This document shows positions 8,528 to 17,456 of a DNA stretch of 32,000 nucleotides, piece after piece; positions within the stretch are counted from its first letter, which is position 1; each line of letters starts with the position of its first letter. Origin of the DNA: Candidatus Heimdallarchaeota archaeon. Lineage in GTDB: Archaea > Asgardarchaeota > Heimdallarchaeia > Heimdallarchaeales > Kariarchaeaceae. Made by a program: the position numbers and the translations under genes. Below the pieces are notes generated by a model, which was not told the origin of the DNA, did no database searches, and saw only the letters and a program-made list of their open reading frames with translations. The stretch is taken from NCBI GenBank assembly GCA_030149205.1, contig JASBSB010000003.1, forward strand, positions 30,001 to 62,000, read 5' to 3'.

Positions 8528-9400
8528 ATGTTTGGGAATGAGAATGCTGATTCAAAATATGCATGGAAGGCAAAATATGAACAGGCCTCACAGCATGCGA
8601 ATGGTTTGCAACAGAGAATTCACGAGTTACAGGGGGTAATTAATGAGTATGAGGAAGCCATCAATAAATTGATTGAATCAAATAAAGGTCTAGAACAAGA
8701 TAATGGATATCTTCGTAAAATGATAGAAGAGAAAGATTCAGAGCTCAATGCATCACGAGAACCAGTATCCAAGCAAAATAAAACTACCTTGCAAGCTTCC
8801 CAAATTGTGTCACCTATTAGTTCACAAAGTAACTCCAACTCGTATCCAATAATACAGAGTCTCTTGATCCCTATGATGTTGAGAGAATTTCATGAAGATG
8901 ATTCAGATAATTTTGAAATATTCCAACAATTTGTGGAGGCTGTTATTCAGGAGGGACAGACTGAGGCAAAAATTGTAGGACTACTTGTCAAACATGGGGG
9001 AAAAGGACCTATTAATAAGGTAAAAGAGCGAATTAATTCTTCAGACTTTGATTTTGCACTTGATCAACTCACAAGATCAAACATTATAAAAATTCATCAA
9101 AATGAAATCATCCTCTCTACTATTTTTGAAGGAGGGAGCTCTGAGATGGATTGGGACTCAATGGACGTTCCGGACATGTTTGAAACATTACAGAAAATTG
9201 TGGAAACAACACCTCCAACCGAATTGGCAGGAATACTGGAGGGATTCCGAGATTCTCTACAAAATAGAGACATTCCGGCAACCACTGTATTCTTTTCCAT
9301 AAGAAAAACAATTGAAAGAGTAAAAAAGGACAATATCACAGTAAATGCACTGAAAAAAGAGATTAATGAGTGGGCTGGAAAAATATTAGGTTCCTTTTAA
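8528..9400 (+). CDS. Hypothetical protein: N-terminal coiled coil, S/Q-rich linker, winged-helix-like segment, C-terminal helical domain
   Basis: Heptad pattern over residues ~10-78. EAKIVGLLVKHGGKGPINKVKERI...FALDQLTRSNIIKIHQNEII resembles a wHTH. A TTTATT box lies about 27-32 nt upstream. Confidence 0.7.
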   Translation: MFGNENADSKYAWKAKYEQASQHANGLQQRIHELQGVINEYEEAINKLIESNKGLEQDNGYLRKMIEEKDSELNASREPVSKQNKTTLQASQIVSPISSQSNSNSYPIIQSLLIPMMLREFHEDDSDNFEIFQQFVEAVIQEGQTEAKIVGLLVKHGGKGPINKVKERINSSDFDFALDQLTRSNIIKIHQNEIILSTIFEGGSSEMDWDSMDVPDMFETLQKIVETTPPTELAGILEGFRDSLQNRDIPATTVFFSIRKTIERVKKDNITVNALKKEINEWAGKILGSF

Positions 9401-10168
9401 TTAAACCATGGTAATACCATATTTTATAAGGAGAGGTTCTGCTTCATCGTAATTATCAAGTTTGACAATTTTCATGCTATTTTTGTAAAATTCTAAGTTG
9501 AGGTTGTTAACCGCATTGTTCACACGTCTTACTTTGAAAGGTGAGCTTGTATGTTTTGCAAACAGATAGATAGTCTTTTTCCCCTCGTCAATTAACACCA
9601 CATCGTGTTCTTTCTTAACGAAGTTATTATCACGATATTCAATCATTTTTTCAGAATTTTCGTCAAACCAGAATGCCCTCGTTTGTGGTGACGTGACAAG
9701 TTCAATTATATGATTCAATAATTCCTTACCAAAATTTTCATCAATTGACTCCTTCCTTACTTTTTGAGAATTTTTTGAGAAAAACATCTGAAGATAGGGT
9801 TCTATTAAACCAGTTGCCCTTCTAACATCACTTATCCTTTCTTTAGGAAAAATCAGTACAACTCCTAAATGTGTACCATGATCAACCAACCTAGAGTCTG
9901 AAGAACTATTATAGTCAACGAGTGTTAGAAAAAATAAAGCTTGAACATCTTTTCTTCCTTTCACTGGAACAGGTCCTATAATTTCACTCTGTTCTTTCTC
10001 TCTTCCCTCCATAAGTCCAGCCAATGATAATAAGTGGGCTGCTGTTATGAAAGCAAGGTCTTCAGAAAGTGTTGAGACATTAGAGATAATTTCTGGCCCA
10101 GCTTCAGTCACTAATGTAACGAAGATTCCTTGAATTAAACTTTTAGGATCTTTTATTTTGTATGACAT
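9401..10168 (-). CDS. uDENN/longin-like domain fused to a C-terminal gelsolin-like domain
   Basis: N-terminal GIFVTLVTEAGPEII, IIGPVPV and ALFFLTLVD...DSRLVDHG; C-terminal HDVVLIDEGKKTIYLF...SS followed by a long helix, matching the gelsolin repeat. Confidence 0.68.
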   Translation of the reverse strand: MSYKIKDPKSLIQGIFVTLVTEAGPEIISNVSTLSEDLAFITAAHLLSLAGLMEGREKEQSEIIGPVPVKGRKDVQALFFLTLVDYNSSSDSRLVDHGTHLGVVLIFPKERISDVRRATGLIEPYLQMFFSKNSQKVRKESIDENFGKELLNHIIELVTSPQTRAFWFDENSEKMIEYRDNNFVKKEHDVVLIDEGKKTIYLFAKHTSSPFKVRRVNNAVNNLNLEFYKNSMKIVKLDNYDEAEPLLIKYGITMV

Positions 10169-10200
10169 TCAGCGTTCTCATACTCACCCTAGGCAAGTTC

Positions 10201-10213
10201 TTTATTAAGCTTA
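10201..10213 (-). promoter_or_regulatory. TATA-like element TAAGCTTAATAAA upstream of the uDENN-gelsolin gene
   Basis: TTAATAAA lies 33-40 nt upstream of ATG 10168 and overlaps the palindrome TAAGCTTA (10206-10213). Confidence 0.45.
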
Positions 10214-10255
10214 GTGATTCTCATTAACAGTGTGACAGTAATTCATTAAATAATG

Positions 10256-12073
10256 TCAATATGATTTTAAATTATCTAAACTCGTGTTTACTATCATCAG
10301 AGGTTTTTTCATCTCAAAGATTAACGGGTTCAAAACCCATGTAAATGGATCGAATGCGACCACCCTATCTGCTGTGCTTAGGGGAAACTCGCCATTTTCA
10401 TTAAATCCCAGAAGCAAACCTGAATAGAGGGTTAATTTTTGATACAAAATAGTATTATCTTCAATTTCGTCTCCCTGAAGTCCATCAATAAAAGTAAGAT
10501 ATAGATTATTCCAAGGATTTTTCCCAGTCAATAATTGCTCGGAAAGGGCTAGTAAAATTTTGATTTGGTACCAATGATGTCTTTGAAATGTGAATTGATC
10601 TGCAATTGAATTAATCAACTTGGTGCCAAGGTTGATCGACTCTCTGTTATCTACCAGTACTCCGTTTGTCAGTAATATTTCAGAAAACAACAATGTTTCT
10701 TTAGGAAGGACAGCTAAGTTTTCACCCTTAAACAAAAATCCGAATCTTTTTAAAAATTCTTGAATATTAGGTTTCTGTCTGATATATAGGTCAGTCACAG
10801 CAACAACAATTAAACAGGTATTAAGTATATCACGGAATTGTAAAAACCTGGAGCTTTCTGTGATAGATTTCAAATCATTTAATGTTGTTAAGACATTAGT
10901 GAGCTGTTCTGTTAAAATTTCAAAATATGTTTGAAATAAATTTTTAATTCCTGGTTGGTTTATTACTATGACCTGAGGAAAAGTTGTGACATTGGGGTAT
11001 CTACCAGATGTGAATTTGTTATAAAGTTGCAATACGTCTTGTGTGTGCCTGCCAATATCAGATTTAATCCTCCAGATCTCGACTTCATCAATTAATCGTT
11101 TCATCTCAAGGTCTGAATTTGGGTTAAAGTTCTTGTTAATTTTACCTTCGTCATATAAACGTTTTAATTCATCTATTATTGATTCTACCTTATTACATTT
11201 ACTATCAATAAGGTCAGCGACAGTGTACACAATCATCTCAATTGAAGTTAATTGAATATTATTATTTCCAGTAAAGTTTTCCGGAAGGATTAACCCGCTA
11301 ATAACGTCAGCTTTTAGTCCTATATTAACCAGAAACTGATTTTGATAAAGGATAGATTGAAGGATATCCTTTATTGAATCAAAGATTATTTGTGAGTTTA
11401 AGAGTTGATCATAAGCGATAAACGTTAATATTGAAAAATATGTCTCTACAAATTGGTTTAGGAGTCCAAAATTTTCAATAGATTCCTCTAACCATACGCC
11501 TAAAGATGCAACCGGAATATTGGGTAATCCAACTGCAGGAGACGCAAATAAGCTAGCTCTTGCAAGGAAGTAATTATAAAACAAACTAAACTCTTGAAAA
11601 GACTTAATTGAATTCTTTGTAATCTCAATCGTTGGGATGAAATCAACAGAACTAGTCTCCAAATTGGTAAGAACTTGAGCTAGGATATTGGTTAGCCCAA
11701 TAATTTCTGTGTCTATTGTTAAAGCAGAGGTTGTGCTAAGACTTGCCAACACATAATTCATCAAGGTTTCAATTTTAAGATCAATTTGTTTATCCATCCC
11801 TGAAAGTTCATTAAATAATGAAACTAAACCCTGTTGTAAATCAAGTAAGGCATCACGTTTAGTTTGAATGGGAATCTTATCAAAAGACCCTATAGTGGAA
11901 ATAAGTTCGTGTAAATTACTCAGCTTATTTTTGATAACAATAATTTTCCCTTGTGTCTCCGTTTGTCTTTGGATATAATTTAGAAGTTCTGATAGAACTT
12001 CAGATGCCCCATTTGTCAGCTCACTAAATGGACCTACAGGAATTGTATTCATATCTAATAAAATAAGAGACAT
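10256..12073 (-). CDS. Hypothetical 605-aa protein, predominantly alpha-helical, L/I/N-rich
   Basis: Long ORF with amphipathic helical periodicity and no recognisable catalytic motif. A TTTATATA box lies at 12102-12109. Confidence 0.75.
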   Translation of the reverse strand: MSLILLDMNTIPVGPFSELTNGASEVLSELLNYIQRQTETQGKIIVIKNKLSNLHELISTIGSFDKIPIQTKRDALLDLQQGLVSLFNELSGMDKQIDLKIETLMNYVLASLSTTSALTIDTEIIGLTNILAQVLTNLETSSVDFIPTIEITKNSIKSFQEFSLFYNYFLARASLFASPAVGLPNIPVASLGVWLEESIENFGLLNQFVETYFSILTFIAYDQLLNSQIIFDSIKDILQSILYQNQFLVNIGLKADVISGLILPENFTGNNNIQLTSIEMIVYTVADLIDSKCNKVESIIDELKRLYDEGKINKNFNPNSDLEMKRLIDEVEIWRIKSDIGRHTQDVLQLYNKFTSGRYPNVTTFPQVIVINQPGIKNLFQTYFEILTEQLTNVLTTLNDLKSITESSRFLQFRDILNTCLIVVAVTDLYIRQKPNIQEFLKRFGFLFKGENLAVLPKETLLFSEILLTNGVLVDNRESINLGTKLINSIADQFTFQRHHWYQIKILLALSEQLLTGKNPWNNLYLTFIDGLQGDEIEDNTILYQKLTLYSGLLLGFNENGEFPLSTADRVVAFDPFTWVLNPLIFEMKKPLMIVNTSLDNLKSY

Positions 12074-12101
12074 TCTACTTACCCAAAACGAACACTTATG
12101 C

Positions 12102-12109
12102 TATATAAA
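12102..12109 (-). promoter_or_regulatory. TATA box TTTATATA for the 605-aa gene
   Basis: Consensus archaeal TATA box 29-36 nt upstream of ATG 12073. Confidence 0.55.
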
Positions 12110-12217
12110 TCTTTTATAACACACCGAACCAATTATTAGAATTCTACCTTCCTCTGAAAGAGTTCACTGATTTCATACTTATCAAACCTTTAATTAACCA
12201 TCTAATAATTAAATCAT

Positions 12218-13642
12218 GTGTCGAAAGGCTCTATGGAATCAAAAATATCAAAGATTCAGACATTGATATCTCAGGGGAAATTTACATCAGCTGAAAAGCT
12301 AGTTAATGCCTTAGTTCAGGATAGACAAAGAGAGGTTACCAGACTGTTGAATAAACCAGATCAGAAAACTACTCTTAGAGTATTTTCAGAACTTCAAAAT
12401 GCATTATTTTTACAAGGGGTGGTCAATTTGAAGTTAAATAAATTTGATCAGGCAAATGAGATTTTTGATAAAATTCTTGCTGTTTATAAAAAGAAACCTG
12501 TGAAAAAAGAAATTGGAGCAAATAAGTTTATTTCAATTATTTGGTTACAAAAATTTGAATTAGCAAAACTGACAAATGATCCACAAATAGCAAAATTGAG
12601 CATTAAAAACGCACTGAAATTTTCAGAAGATACTGGAGCCTTTGAGACTCAAACCTACATCCAAGCCTTGGATTATTCATTTATTATTGATGACCACAAA
12701 TGGTTCAATCAATTACACAAAAAACTGAAAAGAAAGTTAAACAAAAATGAAATTGAGGGATCAAATCAAATTATAATCTTATTGCTTGCATATCAAATTT
12801 TGGGAGAGAAAAATACTAAAAAGAAGGTAGAGACTTTAAAGAAAAGTCTTGATGAGCTAGATGAAGACCAAACAATACTCTTAATTTCCAAACTATTGCT
12901 TCTATCAGAGGTGGGTGAGATGGATAAAGAAGTTCAGATTCTCACTTTGAATTCTGCATTCAGGTTATTAAAAGTAGGAATCTCAAAACCTGACCCTAAC
13001 ATAATTAATTCAATTACAAACATTCTCGTCCAGGTACCGAAGGTTCTTAATGATCTAAACCTGTTAATCAAGGATCCAATCGTTACAATTGAAGAGATTC
13101 GAGACATAGATGAAATGGATCAATTCAGTGTCATTCCCTGGATTCCTGCCTTAATGTTAGAATTTTACAGATCTAGTAATGTTAACATATTAGAGATATT
13201 TGAAAAAGTTGCAACGGAATGGGATTCAGATTTGTTTGAAAATAGTCTCTTATTGTACCTACTCTACAGAATAATTGGAGAGGGATATTTAGAAATAAAC
13301 CCCAAGAAGGCGGTTCATTATTTTGAACTAATTCATAATTCTAATTTTGATAGTAGATCTATTGAGGATACCCTACATCTGGTAGTTCTTTATTACAATT
13401 CGAAAAGGTATAATGATGCATATTTGATAAATAGAAAATTATTGAAAGCACTTAGAAATAAACCGATAACAAATTCAAAGATACAGATTGAATTATTAGA
13501 TTTTCAATTAAAAACAGAGCTTGGAAAACATTTTGAACCTGTAAACTTTCAGCATTTCACACAACGAGCGTTAAACCATCTAGAAAACGGAGATCCTTTA
13601 GTACAACAAATAATTGACTTTAAAGAAAAGCTGAATAATTAG
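12218..13642 (+). CDS. TPR-like alpha-solenoid protein
   Basis: TPR-type segments LFLQGVVNLKLNKFDQANEIFDKILAVY, GEGYLEINPKKAVHYFE and LVVLYYNSKRYNDAYLINRKLL. The start is GTG 12218 or a downstream in-frame ATG. Confidence 0.7.
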   Translation: MSKGSMESKISKIQTLISQGKFTSAEKLVNALVQDRQREVTRLLNKPDQKTTLRVFSELQNALFLQGVVNLKLNKFDQANEIFDKILAVYKKKPVKKEIGANKFISIIWLQKFELAKLTNDPQIAKLSIKNALKFSEDTGAFETQTYIQALDYSFIIDDHKWFNQLHKKLKRKLNKNEIEGSNQIIILLLAYQILGEKNTKKKVETLKKSLDELDEDQTILLISKLLLLSEVGEMDKEVQILTLNSAFRLLKVGISKPDPNIINSITNILVQVPKVLNDLNLLIKDPIVTIEEIRDIDEMDQFSVIPWIPALMLEFYRSSNVNILEIFEKVATEWDSDLFENSLLLYLLYRIIGEGYLEINPKKAVHYFELIHNSNFDSRSIEDTLHLVVLYYNSKRYNDAYLINRKLLKALRNKPITNSKIQIELLDFQLKTELGKHFEPVNFQHFTQRALNHLENGDPLVQQIIDFKEKLNN

Positions 13643-13670
13643 ACTCCAATTAGTTACTTCTTGCCTTTAA

Positions 13671-14522
13671 TTACTTCTTAAATTTCTTAAATGCAGAAAT
13701 ACTGGTCAGTGTAATTATCATAACTCCAATCCAAGGTAAGAAAGCACCTGTTCTCAATTTTGTGGTTAAGGGTATATTTACTAATATGGTTACAAAAGTT
13801 AGAGACTGTTGGATTTTCACTGGATAAAACACTTGAGTCCCATTTTCAAGTTTGGCAGTATTTGAAGTTAAAGTGTATTTAAATTGTTGAAGTATCCCCG
13901 ATTGTTTTGTATAAGTCATTAGCAAAGAAATTGTACTATTTAGTAATGTCAGTTTCGATATTAACAATTCAGATGGAATCATCTTCAAATAATCAGAAAT
14001 AGGGTTAACTGATCCACCGAGTGTTAGAGAGGTGATATTCGTATTTAACTGTAGATTTAGACTTGTGAAATCTTGAGTTACGTTTGCAGATAGAAAGGGG
14101 GATGTGTTATTAGATGATTTCAACAAATTTGCTGCACCACTTAATTGATTTCCATAAGAAGTTAGCCAATCAGATTTACCATTAAATGAAGTAGGTAAGA
14201 CAATTGGTATTCCACCTGCAGGGTATTCAAAGGAACCAAAATTAGGTACAGAAATGATTTGCATGTTCACTGACACCTTAGGTGTTGAATTTAAAAAGTT
14301 TGAAGTGTAAAAGTAACCAGTATTATTAATATTTGTCACATTAAATGTCAAAGGTATTGAAGTAAGTTTTTTTGATCCCAAAGATGGAAAATTATACGAG
14401 AGGTCTTGCAAATACGACAATCTGTCTCCGTTTGCGACTTTCCAGACTGTGGGTGTAGACTGACCACTTACTGGACTAATTAGCAATAGCAACAGAATCC
14501 ATAATAGATTTACTCTTTTCAC
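13671..14522 (-). CDS. Secreted surface protein with signal peptide and C-terminal membrane anchor (resembles Asgard choice-of-anchor-type families)
   Basis: Signal peptide MKRVNLLWILLLLLISPVSG; WKVANGDRLSY, IPIVLP and YTKQSGIL; C-terminal TM helix followed by KKFKK; several N-x-S/T sequons. Confidence 0.7.
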   Translation of the reverse strand: MKRVNLLWILLLLLISPVSGQSTPTVWKVANGDRLSYLQDLSYNFPSLGSKKLTSIPLTFNVTNINNTGYFYTSNFLNSTPKVSVNMQIISVPNFGSFEYPAGGIPIVLPTSFNGKSDWLTSYGNQLSGAANLLKSSNNTSPFLSANVTQDFTSLNLQLNTNITSLTLGGSVNPISDYLKMIPSELLISKLTLLNSTISLLMTYTKQSGILQQFKYTLTSNTAKLENGTQVFYPVKIQQSLTFVTILVNIPLTTKLRTGAFLPWIGVMIITLTSISAFKKFKK

Positions 14523-14575
14523 AATATTAGTGAGATTACCACCTATTTAAACAGATTGAATTCTCCTAAATTAAC

Positions 14576-15142
14576 CTAATCAATTACCTCTAATGGTTTG
14601 TTGTTGATTATTTTATTGAAATTAGCCACTAACGATGGATCAGTTCTAAATAAACCAAATTTGGTGGAAGTTGTCATCCACCCATTACTGTATCGAGAGG
14701 CAACACAGGTATGAAACCCTTTCATTAATATTATTAGACCCTTGGATTTTGTTTTTTTGAAAAGTTCATCTGCAATTTCAAAAGTAAGTGATTCCTGAAT
14801 TGAGGGTTTTTTAGAGATATATTGTACAAACCTTACAACCTTAGATACCCCTAAGACAGACTTCTCAGGGATATAACCAATAAATGCCTTACCAAAGTAT
14901 GGAAGGAGATGGTGTTCGCAGATAGACCAAAATTCTGTCTCTACAACCACAATTTCATCATAGTCAGTTTCAAACTGTTTAAAATCATTAAATTCAGTTT
15001 TAAGGGGCTTAGAATACGATTGTAAAAATCTAATCCATCGTTTTGGGGTATTTTGTAAGACCTCATCATCAACAATTCCTAAGTCTTTTAATAGCTCACG
15101 AATAGTGATTTCATATTTATTGACCAGATCTACATCTGTCAT
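14576..15142 (-). CDS. folE: GTP cyclohydrolase I (type IA, FolE)
   Basis: TPKR, SICEHHLLPYFG (Zn ligands Cys and His), GVSK, IQE and FHTC (third Zn ligand). Confidence 0.92.
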   Translation of the reverse strand: MTDVDLVNKYEITIRELLKDLGIVDDEVLQNTPKRWIRFLQSYSKPLKTEFNDFKQFETDYDEIVVVETEFWSICEHHLLPYFGKAFIGYIPEKSVLGVSKVVRFVQYISKKPSIQESLTFEIADELFKKTKSKGLIILMKGFHTCVASRYSNGWMTTSTKFGLFRTDPSLVANFNKIINNKPLEVID

Positions 15143-15218
15143 CAGTATCCATATCAGTGAGAAAATAAATATACTTAGTTTTAGACAAAGTTTTATTTGG
15201 TTATATTAGGATATTTTA

Positions 15219-17003
15219 TTATATTTCCAAAAGTGAAAGCATCTTCTTTAGATATAATAGCATAGATTTAGCTTGAAGAACATTCAACCGTACAGTTGGT
15301 TTTTCGTATACCCTTAGAATCCTGCCCATATTTTGGGTAAATTCTTTCTTATTTATTTGATCTGGAAATGTTTCTACGAAAAATGAAGTTAGGTAATTTA
15401 GATTTTTAGGGGTAAGTTCTGTGAACCTAACATCTTTTTCAACCCTTGTCAAAAGTCTTCGTGTCAAATCCTTTATTGGCTGACCATATGCGCCGCTTTC
15501 CTTAATCTCTTCCAGTTCTTTATCAAAAGTCGAAACTCCTCGTTCTCCTCGCCTCTTCGTCAATAGGATAGGTTTTAATCTCTTAGATTTAGGAACAACT
15601 ATTTTTCCAAGAGAATAAGCTGTCAAGGGGACAAAGGGAGCTAGTAAGGGAAACATACTGAAGTTTGCGAGTAATTTCAGGAAGGAAGTCGTATAAAGAG
15701 CAGGAGAAGTTATGCTTTGATATGTGTGACCAAAATCAAAGTATACTGGAACAGTTCCATTGCTTAGTAAATTAGAAGCAGCAGATTTGACCACATTTTT
15801 CGCAAATATCAAATTGTCGTTTTCATGAATTTGAGATGTCCAACGATTGATAAAAATACTAGGATCAGCAATGAAAATAATTTTTCCGCCACCGGGAAAG
15901 ATAGGGAGGTTTAAAGCAAGTGAAAACGCATTATTTCCCCATTCTGTTGGGTTTGGTTTTGCAGTATTATCTGCTGCCGCTTTGATATTGGTTTCAATCC
16001 ATGATTGTTTAGAGGAATATAATGGAAAAAGAAAATCAAGTTGACTAAATATGTTTAAGGAGGAACTTGATTGAGATCCAGAGACCTGAGACAAAGATAG
16101 CTGGCTAAGAGGTTGCCATACAAGTTCGTGTACTGTTTTTGTAACCCCATTTGAATCTGTGATTGTCTTACTCACATTTAGCTGTATTGAAATTATCGAG
16201 GCCATTTCTGTTTGAATTTTATTTACATTTTGAGTTATAGAGAACGGCGTATTCGTTTTGTCAATATTTACAATTAGAGGACGGTTTGGATTTTGATTAT
16301 TACTCCCAACATCCATCAAAACCGATCTGTTAAACCCAAACCTTTTGATAACTGTCCCAATCAATTTGAATATCCCATCAGCAATTGAACTTGAACCACC
16401 ACTCACATCTACACCTGGTATCGAACCTCCACCTGGCACCTTACCAGAGAGAAAACTTTTTTCAGTTTGAGCCTGTTGGGGATTAGAGCCTGTAAAGTTA
16501 GCAAGCATCTCACTGAAGGTGGGCATTTTAAATCCAAACGCATTAGTCTGCGAATTTACTAGTTTTGCCGTTGCATCATAGCTTTCGAATGCCTTAAAGA
16601 GAGGTTCAAGAATCTGATTTCCAGAGCCAAAGTCGTCTGCTATCACTAAAGACCCTCCTCTTAGAAGGAAAAGAAGTAGAGACATAAACTCCGTATCATC
16701 ATAAGATGCAGAAGGTCCAATAACCATCAATACTCCAGATTTGTTTACTCGGTTTAGTGCGTTTAGATTTGAAACCAAATTCTCTGTTTTGTATTGAGGA
16801 AGCCCGGAGCCGGTTTTCACAGATTCCAAAGACTGTCTGAAGACAGAAAGTCCGTCATATGCGGTACTGTAAATGGAATAGGTCTGACTTGAGCTTGATG
16901 TGTATGAGAGAAATATGGGGGCAACCCCAACAACAAAAACAAAAATGAGAAGAGTTACCTGTAGATACCCCTTTAATTTTAATGACTTCTCTCTTACACT
17001 CAT
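15219..17003 (-). CDS. DUF4350 (GldG/GIFT-like) membrane protein
   Basis: N-terminal TM; YSIYSTAYDGLSVFRQSLE; VLMVIGPSASY...FLLRGGSLVIADDFGSGNQIL; GKIIFIADPSIFIN...DNLIF; a second hydrophobic segment and a basic C-terminal region. Confidence 0.8.
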   Translation of the reverse strand: MSVREKSLKLKGYLQVTLLIFVFVVGVAPIFLSYTSSSSQTYSIYSTAYDGLSVFRQSLESVKTGSGLPQYKTENLVSNLNALNRVNKSGVLMVIGPSASYDDTEFMSLLLFLLRGGSLVIADDFGSGNQILEPLFKAFESYDATAKLVNSQTNAFGFKMPTFSEMLANFTGSNPQQAQTEKSFLSGKVPGGGSIPGVDVSGGSSSIADGIFKLIGTVIKRFGFNRSVLMDVGSNNQNPNRPLIVNIDKTNTPFSITQNVNKIQTEMASIISIQLNVSKTITDSNGVTKTVHELVWQPLSQLSLSQVSGSQSSSSLNIFSQLDFLFPLYSSKQSWIETNIKAAADNTAKPNPTEWGNNAFSLALNLPIFPGGGKIIFIADPSIFINRWTSQIHENDNLIFAKNVVKSAASNLLSNGTVPVYFDFGHTYQSITSPALYTTSFLKLLANFSMFPLLAPFVPLTAYSLGKIVVPKSKRLKPILLTKRRGERGVSTFDKELEEIKESGAYGQPIKDLTRRLLTRVEKDVRFTELTPKNLNYLTSFFVETFPDQINKKEFTQNMGRILRVYEKPTVRLNVLQAKSMLLYLKKMLSLLEI

Positions 17004-17005
17004 AA

Positions 17006-17455
17006 TTACTGTGGTCTCCTCTTAACTCTTTTTCTTGGCTTTCTTCGTTTCATTTTTTTCTTGCCTTTCTGCTTTACAGAATCAGTGCCAACCTGTTTAA
17101 TCATCGAGCTGAACTGATTCAGTACTTGGTCTACCTCTGAGAATTGCTCAGAATTTACAGTTAGAGGACTATATTTTGCAATTTCAAAGGTTTCAATTAG
17201 TGGTCTCATTACATTGAAATCAATATTGTAATTTTCGTCAAGTAACTTGACGTATTCACGGGCAGTTTGTGCCTCTTCTCTTCTCAAGTTTGCAAACACC
17301 CTACCCTGCGCTTCAATAGCATAAAAAGCGTTTATTGTTGCTTCATTATAATCAGAGTTGCGTGCTGCATCCTTTACCTTGTCCAGTGCTTTTGACACAC
17401 TGATCTCACTTTCTTTATTTTTATTATCTTTCTTTAGGAAATCAAGTATTCCCAT
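17006..17455 (-). CDS. Stand-alone DUF4129-domain protein with a very basic tail
   Basis: QTAREY...PLIETFEIAKYS motif; tail KQKGKKKMKRRKPRKRVKRRPQ. I moved the start to ATG 17455, which has a GGTGA SD and lies 1 nt after the upstream stop. Confidence 0.78.
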   Translation of the reverse strand: MGILDFLKKDNKNKESEISVSKALDKVKDAARNSDYNEATINAFYAIEAQGRVFANLRREEAQTAREYVKLLDENYNIDFNVMRPLIETFEIAKYSPLTVNSEQFSEVDQVLNQFSSMIKQVGTDSVKQKGKKKMKRRKPRKRVKRRPQ

Positions 17456-17456
17456 A

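Noticed and set aside
12218-13642. TPR protein as a Naa15-like auxiliary subunit for Ard1
   Set aside because: It lies 17 kb away with only generic TPR similarity, and archaeal Ard1 is known to work as a monomer.
13654-13680. Short direct repeat TTACTTCTT at the end of the 283-aa gene
   Set aside because: There are only two 9-bp copies, one encoding the Lys-rich tail; it is not an array or a target-site duplication.
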